DNA of 64,000 nucleotides from contig OZ316897.1 of NCBI GenBank assembly GCA_973895155.1, positions 17,342,058 to 17,406,057 of the forward strand, written 5' to 3'. The position numbers and the translations under genes were made by a program. This DNA comes from Marsupella aquatica (Eukaryota > Plantae > Marchantiophyta). Below are positions 55,065 through 64,000 of this stretch, one piece after another (within the stretch, counting starts at the first letter, position 1; every line of letters starts with the position of its first letter). Below the pieces are notes generated by a model. It had not been told where the DNA came from and did no database searches. It saw nothing but the letters and a program-made list of their open reading frames with translations.

Positions 55065-55555
55065 TATTCCCGATACCATTTCCCATGCTTAAAACAACGG
55101 AAGCCCATCGGAACACCTCCTTGTTCAAATCTTGACCTCGAACCACATCTATCCGATATAAACCCTTTCGGACTCCATTTCCGATTCTTGTAGCATCGGA
55201 CTTATTTGTGATACACACTACTTCGGAAAACATTTCCGATACCCAACCTATCGGAAGCACTAAGCAATACATTTTCGATCGCAATATTTCCGTAATTTAC
55301 TCAATCGGACATCAAATGCGATACTTCAGGGATCGGAAATTTAGTAACAATTTTTAGAAGAGGGGTCCGATAGTCAAGACATCGGATATGTTCCGATATT
55401 AGGAGTATCGCAAATTATGTCCGATGTTTTGGAAATCGGATACTGTGTTTCCGAAGCTGTGGGGATTGCAAGTTCCGATATTTTTGTGAACGAAAGTTTG
55501 CGTAACTCTGGCTATCGGACGCCTGTTTCATGGTTCAGCGGGAGCATCGGAAAAT
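55065..55555. repeat. CACTA-1 right subterminal motif array (TCCGA/TCGGA)
   Basis: Dense ttccgat/atcgga copies up to the right TIR. Confidence 0.9.
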
Positions 55556-55574
55556 GAGCAAAAATGTACTAGTG

Positions 55575-58041
55575 TACCACATTGTTGTCAAAAGCATCAA
55601 CAATGATGTGGAAGCCAAGTTCTCCTTCGCCCACTTCTATCTCCCACCCAACAAGGCATACATGCTCTGTTTGGGTGCCGCAAAACCCAATCATGGTGTC
55701 ATGTTTTGGCAGCCACCTGCAAGAAACCAAAACTGAGTTCTTGGTTTCCAGATGGAGCCTACATAATAGTTGAAACAGAGATAAAGGTGAAACTAGGATC
55801 CAACACCATGACATGACTAACATCATGCGTGAGGGCCTGAAGTACAACATCATGCATGAGGGCCTGAAGAAAGTACCTTACTGTTTTTTTGACAGTTGTC
55901 TCATCTTCTGCCAAATAACAGGGAACTGGCCCTTTGATGTTGAGTCTCTCTTTCAGTTTGGAGTACACTTGAGAGACAAACATAAATTGTTCAGCATGGA
56001 TTCCTGCTCGGAATACTGCCATCCCTCTTCTGTCCCGTTGAAGGGTGTTTATGCTTGGCCCTATCCCATTACTTGCAAGGCAGTCAACAACACGTCGACC
56101 ACCATGCAAGAAGAGTGTTTGGCAGAGAAGCTTTGTTCCAGCCTTGAACCTATATCCCTCCTTTGTCGTATTCAAGTTTGAAGCTATATCAGATAACATA
56201 TCCCACAATGCACCTCTCCCACCAAATGCACCCTTCCTGTGCGCAAGGACTATGGACTAACAAAACTTAAGGATAGATTCCTTATTGGTGCCTTGATAGT
56301 CAAGACAAACTTCCTTTATACTAGGGATCCGAGACTTCAGCATCAACAGTTTGTGACTTAGATATTTCTGCAACTTCCTCTCTCTCAAAATTCGGTTTCT
56401 GTATACTTTAGCTTGGTTTTGGACCTCAGGAATTGTGAGGCAACCTAGCCGCCTGCCCTTGCCAGTCCCTCTCTCTCCTCTTTTCTCATAGGCCTTGACC
56501 TCTCTTGCTACCCGAAGTCTGAAGTCCTTCATGTTCTTAATGGAATAACACTTGGAACACGTCAAATCATCAAACCCGCCCCCCAACTGTGACATTCGAC
56601 TACATTCTTTATGCCTGAAAAGGCCCTTGATCTCACAAGCTTCTTCACTATACATACAGAACACCTCTGCCATTACTAGGGGCTCTGCATACCATGCACC
56701 ACCCACTTTCACCTGGTCGTGTAGGTGACTTTTGATAGGCCTAAGTTCTGACCCTACTTCTATCTCATCCCGCCACAGACCCCAACACAACAATGACAAA
56801 TTATCGAAAGTACCTCTATCATCATCTCGTGTTGACATCCTTGACGAGCTGCTTGATGCACCTGCAGTCGAGGTGCGAGTCAAGAACCCCTGAATTTTTC
56901 TCTGTTTCTTATCCCTCCCGTCCACAGTACGGGGTCTGCCAGGGCGCCCTGACAAAACTGGCTCGTTTCTTGTAGGCCTCTGACTTTTGGCCACATAATC
57001 AAGATGGATCAAGCCAGTACAATGGTTTGTCAGATTAGCCTCCAAGTTTCGTTGTTTGGGTACCAAAGTCAAATGGTGAAGACAAAAATTGCATAACAGT
57101 TTCAAAGTTTGGAACTCCACTGGTTCCTTATGGACATCCCCCTCGACTATAAACGTCTCACGACCAACTGTCTGCAACTCGTTGACCTTTGCTACAATCT
57201 TCAAATGCTCGTCAAGTATGGCTCTATCAGTCAAAGTATTTGACTGCGCCCTCCTTGCAATCTCCACATGCCCAACTTTCTCACCCCTGTTCCTAGCCAC
57301 CCGAGCTGCATGCTTTGATGATCGCAAATGCGAATTTTTGAAGTTGGTAAATGCATTATTGATGGATGATTTATCCATCAATGTACCTTTTGCTAGCCCT
57401 TCCACCCGCTTGTCACACTCACAACACTCGATATGCCCCCAGGGCATGTTGTCTTTGTCCCAAGTTCTCACTTTCCACTTGTGGTCAGCACATTTAATGG
57501 ATTCCATGTGAGTCTTCAACTTATCCGCAGATGCTTCCCATACTGCCTTTAAAGTATTGCTCATAAGAGTGGACATGAATGTGACTTGTTGTTCAGGCTC
57601 TGGCAAGGGGCAACCAGAGTGTGGATCAGCTTCCACTGGAGGCTCCTCATTCATGGGAAAATCGGCATCATCACTCTCTGGCAATGAAAGGCCATTGGAA
57701 GCATTGCTACTCCCGAGGGCTTCCCCTGCGCCTCCAGGGTCTACGTGCACCAATGGGGTTGGAGGCTCCAAGGCATTTTTGGGAATGATAACAATCTTTC
57801 CCCCACAATCCTCCAAAAGATTGCAGATCTCCCATTTCTCCGGCATCCGAGTGGCGAGATTGACATCAATAAAGTGGAAGTCAAAATCGAGTAGTGCCTC
57901 CAACTTCAGTCGGGCATCAGCATACGATTCCCCTGCTTTGTAACTATATGACGATATAGGTTTCCTTTCCCCACCTTCTTTGTCTACTTGAAACAAAGTG
58001 GCAGGCGACATTCTCTCACCCTTTACTGACAACCTATCCAC
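55575..58041 (-). pseudogene. P-element-like transposase, N-terminal part
   Basis: 594-aa ORF with two C2H2-like fingers and a Cys cluster; in-frame TAG at 56257; then GPSINTLQR and CYLAEDETTVK (first catalytic D). A GT-AG intron at 55876-55717 joins KTVR|WLPKHDTMIGFCG. Confidence 0.75.
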
Positions 58042-58287
58042 CTCTCATGGGCCTGCGCACAGTCCACATGACAAAGGGAGCATCAACATAGGGATTGCTC
58101 AAAATAGGATAGGTTCATTTCATTCTAACCACATATTCACCCAAAATGCAACTTTCTTGGGTGGCATGGCGCAACACCACACAATGTGGACATCATGTGC
58201 ACCAATTCTTCTACTAGAGACAGGTTACAAAGATGTTAGGCAGATTGATGATTGTTGGCCAATGCGGGAAACAAGCAACCTGGCCTA

Positions 58288-58671
58288 TTAGAATGGGCCA
58301 ACATCCAAAGGAAGTCTATATAGGGCCTGCGTGCGACAGGTATTAATCTGATAGTTTAAACAAACCGCCCCAATTCTCATTTCAACTCGATCAGTGGCAA
58401 GTGGATCCCTGAGCTCATTGATAACATCTTGGATGTCATCAAGAAGGAAGTGGTACTCATTCAAGCCACACGGAAAAATGAATATGGCTTTTGCCCGAGC
58501 AACAATGAGACTGTAGAATGTGATCCAGCCTTTTGACCTCTGCCGAAAGGCCTCCAAAGCCATGCCAATTGCATTCTGCTGACTACGTATAAGACAGGCT
58601 GGATCTTTACCGTTGCTTGTTGAAGGCAATGGAATTGTGTGAGAGAGATAGAAAGGAGGACAGAAATTCAT
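58288..58671 (-). CDS. Hypothetical ORF upstream of the P-like transposase
   Basis: 127-aa open frame on the transposase strand; no family recognised. Confidence 0.3.
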   Translation of the reverse strand: MNFCPPFYLSHTIPLPSTSNGKDPACLIRSQQNAIGMALEAFRQRSKGWITFYSLIVARAKAIFIFPCGLNEYHFLLDDIQDVINELRDPLATDRVEMRIGAVCLNYQINTCRTQALYRLPLDVGPF

Positions 58672-58807
58672 GATATCAAAGCAAAGTAGGCTACCAAGAT
58701 TGGTTATAAGGCAATATTAAGCAACCCACACGTGGAGACCGCATCCACTGGACCAATCCCACGAGAGCCTTGCCCCATCCCGACCATTTCTTGTTAGGAT
58801 TGGCTGG

Positions 58808-59281
58808 TTACAGATCCATTGCTGCTTTCTCCGACATGTGTTGGGTGGGAAGGGCGTACCCTTTGCATGCAAGGACTCCAGATTCAGCGTAAGCACAAGA
58901 GGGACAGGGATCTGCACATGGCCATTTCAGCTTGCCCAAGTTTAGCTTGTCCCAATTCAGCTTGTCCCATATGTGCTTGGTCCATGTACAGTCGGGGCCA
59001 GGCCCACACTCCAATCCTTCTCCTCCACAGTTGTGAGGGCCACAACAGACTATACATGACTTAAGGGGCTGACAGCAATGACAAGTGACACCATGGACAC
59101 AATAATGACAGGCTCTAATCACACACTCCCCCAGGCAACCTGCTTCAAAATTACAAGGAGCGCTGGACTGCCAGCGGCTAAATCCAGCAGTCGCCAATGG
59201 GGGCATGACTTCCCCATGGTCTCCTTGAACTCGATGGGCCCTGCAAATTAAACGAGTCCTACATGTACAAAAAAATGACAA
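58808..59281 (-). CDS. Cys-rich hypothetical ORF/exon
   Basis: 157 aa with many CxxC/CC clusters (CHYC, CHCC, CIVCC, CPSC) and a WDKLN duplication. Confidence 0.4.
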   Translation of the reverse strand: MSFFCTCRTRLICRAHRVQGDHGEVMPPLATAGFSRWQSSAPCNFEAGCLGECVIRACHYCVHGVTCHCCQPLKSCIVCCGPHNCGGEGLECGPGPDCTWTKHIWDKLNWDKLNLGKLKWPCADPCPSCAYAESGVLACKGYALPTQHMSEKAAMDL

Positions 59282-59809
59282 AACTGAAATGACATCTTAC
59301 CTGAGCAAGATACAAAGCCCTGTGCATTAGCAGCTTAAAACATATGAACTATATAAGAAGCGGTAAATAATGGAGCACAATTGAAAGAACCACAAAGTCC
59401 AGAATATGTACATACCTTGGACTAGAGTTTTTGGACCTCTGATAGAATGGTCCGCCAAGTAATGCACCTTGAGGGGGCCGGGCCGGTAGCAGCTGCGTTG
59501 GGCACAAGCTGGTATGTTGCATGATAATGTTCAAACGTTAGCTCAGACGTTTCAAAAAACCAATGATGCAGGGGTCACAACACACAGCAACATTTTGTTT
59601 TGAACATGATGGCAAAAAGGAAATGACTACCTTCCTAGTTGGGGGATAGCAGTTGCCTTGTACCACACCTTCGTCAATACCCCTCCTTCAATACCAAACT
59701 CTCGTCCACTGGACATCACCGCTACCACAAGATCCATTTCCAAAAAGAGCGTTAGTTGACAGTCTTTGAAAGGCCACCAGCATATGTATGTGCACTACAA
59801 CACTATCGG

Positions 59810-60365
59810 CCGGTTTTGCGAAGACAATCTCATCGCAACTAACAAGCCCCTGATTTTCATAATTCTGGCTATTGCGAACATACGCGCATCGCACCCCCTT
59901 CGCACTTTGCGAACCTAATAACTTCGCACGCGGACCATCGCAACGACATCGCAACATCATGGCAAACTGAGAAGCTGAGAGGTTCGCAATATTCAATACT
60001 TCTGCGATCCATTATACGTCGCATAAGGTTCGCAAACATACACGCACACGTCCCGCGCGGGCGTCAATATTTGAGACGGATTTACCATCGCATCATATTT
60101 GCGATTGATACTGGTTCAATTGTTTTGATGGGGATTGTATGACAAAGAGCGATACCGGTGATTTCAGAAGTTTGTGAACGGTTGCGATTAGGAAAGTGCG
60201 ATCCTAGAAGTATCACAAAAACCCGACATATTTGGATCTGAAGTTCTGAAGTTAATTGACTCAAAAAGTGCGACGCCTTGGGGTTAATATTGTGCGATGG
60301 GAATGAGTTCTTAAAGGGTTCGCAAAATTATGATCACACAGGATTCAATACATTATTTGCGAGGG
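59810..60365. repeat. CACTA-2 left subterminal motif array (TCGCA/TGCGA)
   Basis: Dense tcgca(a)/(t)tgcga copies in both orientations. Confidence 0.85.
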
Positions 60366-60577
60366 GTTTTCCTTGGAACCCAATGTGGAAGGCAAAATTG
60401 TTGTTTTATAAAATGGAAAAGCATGAACAAAATGATAGGGCTTCAAAGAACCCTATACATGGACAAGAGGGGGGAAATATCTGATGCTAGGTCCGCCCTT
60501 CTAAACCTATGCTGCCTCTTCCTACCCTAAGCTCCGGCATGACAAGTCACTCTCATGCATGTATCTCTACAAAATAA

Positions 60578-62630
60578 CTAGAATGGGCTCTTGCGGCTCC
60601 TCTTGGTTGGCTTCTTGGCTGGCTTCTTGCCCTTATCCTTCCGGGGATCCTATTGGTGACGGGTGCGTGATGGCCGTCGGCGCTCCTGCTCCTGCTCCTG
60701 CTACTCCTCTGGCTCCTCCTGCCCCTCCTGCTCCTCCTCCTCATCCTCAGGGTCCTCCTCCTCCCCCTGGTCATCAACGTGTGCTGATGACACACGACTA
60801 CCACCACTACCACGGTGGGAAGAACCTACCTCACGACTACTCCCCCCCCAAGCACCACTAGTACCAGGAGTAGCCCCCTCATCGTCATCACTACTGGTCA
60901 CATCAGCACCCGACCCCTCAGGCTCATCCGAATCCTGCATCCATTACATATCATTAGTTTCCGCAAGACATAAAGGGTCACTCACAATGTTCGCATGCTA
61001 ATCATATGGTTCACACTTAGACACTTACAGTAGCCAACTCGGCATCTACCATCGCAAAGAGGTACTTTCGTCCATGCTCTATCGCCACCTCAATATGCTT
61101 TTTTGATATCTTCCTTTTGTACCTCCGATACTGCCATGCATAAAACCAATTAAAATTGGTTAAATTTTCCCTTAAGCATACCCTATAGCCACAAGTGACG
61201 CCTAAATCCTCAACTACTAAACATGACCCAAAAAAATTCAAAAATTCAAATTTGCGAACCTATAAGCATAGCAACTTGCAAACCACCTTTTTTTGCGAAG
61301 GCGTTGCGATGGAGTTTGCGATGCGCATTTGTTCGCAAAGGCATCGGAAAATTGAAATGGAAAAAGTCTATGATAGACTTTGCGAGGGGTTTGCGAACAA
61401 ATACGCATCGCAACACCTTCGCAAACTGTGTTCCCGAGAGTTTTTAAAAATTTGCCAGAAATTCTAAGTGTCAGAGTTGCCCTAAACTAGTAACCAAGCA
61501 AGCATGCACAACAGCAAGAACCTTCGGGGATGTCATTCACTTGCATTGCACAACTCTGAAAGGAATAGAGAGGTTAGGGAGGAGCAAGAGGCACTCACAA
61601 AGTGTGACTTGAGGCCGGGGAGCCCGCCTTGACCCAACTTGTGGACTGGATTGGGGGTGGATTTCACTCGTTTGGCTGCATCTGTGAAACGCTTGGGTGG
61701 CTTTCCCTCCTGGTCGGCCACCTTTTGCATCTCAGCTACCTTCTGCTCAAGTGGCTTCAGGTCGTGGTCAGGGGGGAGCTTCCCGGCCTCCTTTGCTTTC
61801 AAGGCTCGATCTAGATTGCCCTTCCACTCTTCCAACTCGTGAGCTGCCTTAATTTGCACCTCAATCTTGTAAAACGAATTCCAGATGTCCTCGGTGAAGT
61901 GGAGGGGTCTGCGCAAGTTCCTGTATGATCTCAAGTCTTTCAGGTGGGCTCTAATCTTCATCCTGTCATGGTATCGCATTTGAGACATAGAATTTGAAAT
62001 CTTATCTGCCAACCATTGCTCATCTATGTCAGGCCCATTGCGAAATGCATCCTTGATTTGGTTGATGACCCTCTTTCGCTCTGCCTTCTCAATCTTCCCC
62101 CACTGCATGCCTCGTGAGAAATTGCTTGTGATAATTTGCTTGATTGTGCTCTTAGCCCCTGCATATGCTAGCTCAGTTGGAGTCCCACTCGTCTCCAAGG
62201 CAATGAATGGAAGTTTTTCTCTTGCTTCCTCTTTCTGACGTTGCTCCTCCCTCTGTTTTTGAATTGAATCTCTCTCCTCTCTTCTCTTCTGCTTCTCTAG
62301 GGCTTGAGGAGAGGCAACTCCCGACTTAGTTCTTTCCTCTCTCTTCCTTTTTTTCTCTCTAGCCTTCTCTTCAGCTGCGGCCCTCTCCTCCCCCTCTCTA
62401 GTAGCTTGTCCTGCTACAATCCCAGTTTGCAAAACCTGTCCAAGAATGGCACTCAAAGAGGCAAGCCCTGCTGGAGAATTGAGATTCACTTCTCCCAATT
62501 GTGCAGCACTGAGATGTTGGGCCACTAAGTCTGCCCAGGCATTCTTCTCTTTCTCTGGATTTCCCCCATTGCCACTACCACTACCACTACCACTACCACC
62601 TTGCCCTCCACTCCCCTCACCGGTAGCCAT
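60578..62630 (-). pseudogene. TnpA-like gene of CACTA-2, three exons
   Basis: Exons 62630-61599, 61130-61029 (102 nt) and 60934-60578, phase 0 with GT-AG. HKLGQGG motif; two premature TAGs in the acidic last exon; paralog of 46275-49052. Confidence 0.8.
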
Positions 62631-63099
62631 AGCTCCCCTCTCTCACAGTCTCCCTCGTACTGTTGCGCGCGCCCCGGCCCTTCTCGTCTCGCTCAAAAAC
62701 TGAAATGAGCCCGAATGCGAGCTCCCGCCGATGTTTACGCCGTTCAAAAACGGGTTTGCGATGACATACGCATGGGAAACTGCGAAGCCCGCGCCCTCGC
62801 AAATAGTCTCGCAACTTGCGAGGCACTTCCGAATCTATTCCCTTCGCAAAGCCATCGCAACCCGCAGAAGACCCAAAAAATTGTTCTCGGCCTCTGTTTT
62901 TGCGAAGCAAGTGCGAAGGTCGTAGGTTCGCAAAAATATTCTCTAACTTGTGAAATAATTTGCGAGGCAGGTCTTATTGGTTTAGGGTTGGAAAACACTT
63001 TGGGGTGTCAAACGGCTATTAAGGTTTGTCAAACGACATTTAAGGTATGTTAAGTGCCCATAAGTTAACATGGAAGGGGTGTCAATGGATGTTTGGGTT

Positions 63100-63920
63100 G
63101 TAAGGATAACTAGAATATAAGTTAACAAAGGTTTGGGTTTAATTAAAGGTTAGGTTTATATTTGGTTTTAATCTAGGAGTATTTGGTTTAATTAAGGGGG
63201 TTAAAACTTGGGTTAGGTTGGAATAAAAGGGTTGGGTTTAAATTAATGGGTTTGGCTTAGGGTTCAAGGTAGAGGTTTGCATTAGGTTGTGAGTAATTAC
63301 AGGGGTTGGGTTTGGTTTTAGTTGAGGGGTTGAATTGTGGTTGTTTTTTAAAGGGATTGGGTTTGGTTTTTAGTTGGGGGGTTTAATTGTGGTTTTTTTA
63401 AAGGGGTTGGGTTTCTAATGTAAGTGTTTGGGTTGGGGTGTAACATGATATAGGGTTGGATTTGGTTCTAATTGAGGGGGTACAATTTTTGCTTAAGTTT
63501 TAAAAAAGGGCCTCAATTTAGGGGTTAGGGTGAAGTTTAGAATAACTATAGGGGTGGGGGTTGGCCTATATAGGTAAAGTAAGGTGTAGATAGGGTAAGA
63601 GTTTTATATGTAATTGGGGGATTTGGGTTGGGTTTAGGGTAAAGGTTTGAAATTTTAATGAGGGATTTGGGTATTGGTTAGGATAAGGGTAAGGGTTTAG
63701 GGTGCTTGAGGGATTTGGGTTAGGTTTTAATGAAGGGTTTCATTTCATGGTTTGGGTTTAGGGTAGGGGTTTGGGTTTAGGGTAAAGGTTTGAATTTTTA
63801 ATGAGGGATTTGGGTATTGGTTAGGATAAGGGTAAGGGTTTAGGGTGATTGAGGGATTTGGGTTAGGTTTTAATGAAGGGTTTCATTTAATGGTTTGGGT
63901 TTAGGGTAGGGTTTGGGTTA
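63100..63920 (+). repeat. G/T-skewed degenerate telomere-like tract with a ~143-bp tandem duplication
   Basis: Many gggtt(t)/tttaggg units; ~63631-63773 is repeated at ~63774-63920. Confidence 0.75.
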
Positions 63921-64000
63921 CTTATATTTCTTTGTCTATCTCATTAACATGGAGAGGAAAACTCTTTGGCGTTGTAGGGCACTTCCCCATGTTTTTTAAA

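Larger units (their letters stand above)
45504..55574. mobile_element. Complete CACTA (En/Spm) transposon, CACTA-1, 10,071 bp
   Basis: TIRs CACTAGTACATT / AATGTACTAGTG; 3-bp TSD TAC (45501-45503, 55575-55577); subterminal TCCGAT/ATCGGA arrays. Removing it restores the host frame DAFDNNVV|GQMARCIVVNP. Confidence 0.97.
59793..64000. mobile_element. Second CACTA transposon (CACTA-2), left part only
   Basis: Starts CACTACAAC at 59793, followed by a TCGCA/TGCGA array and a TnpA-like gene laid out as in CACTA-1. Right TIR and TSD (predicted GTG) are outside the window. Confidence 0.85.

Noticed and set aside
57089-57943. 140-aa and 128-aa plus-strand ORFs
   Set aside because: Antisense to the P-like transposase, with no motifs of their own.
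60553-61001. Pro-rich, Ser-rich and Arg-rich ORFs
   Set aside because: Shadows of the acidic last exon of the CACTA-2 TnpA gene.
63100-64000. True chromosome-end telomere
   Set aside because: Repeats are highly degenerate, ordinary sequence resumes after ~63920, and the tract lies inside CACTA-2.

Overview
Eukaryotic, transposon-dense, heterochromatin-like window from a land plant (TTTAGGG-like repeats, GT-AG introns, Ty1/copia, CACTA and hAT elements; a non-seed plant is a guess, not shown). I see no intact host gene. 1-36 kb holds decayed gene remnants (three NAC-like copies, LRR-like and RPA-like fragments), a ~5 kb local duplication, MITEs and solo LTRs, several with target-site duplications (TSDs). 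36-64 kb is a nest. A deleted copia element has its 5' leader followed by a decayed P-element-like transposase gene. That gene is split by a complete 10,071-bp CACTA element (45504-55574, TSD TAC), and a second CACTA starts upstream of it at 59793 and runs off the window. Most notable: CACTA-1 carries a SET-domain (lysine methyltransferase-like) ORF inside the first coding intron of its Tnp2 transposase, possibly sharing the transposase's Zn-binding first exon by alternative splicing. The two CACTAs have paralogous TnpA-like genes, each paired with a different CpG-containing motif array. Protein families were called by eye from motifs; no database search was run.
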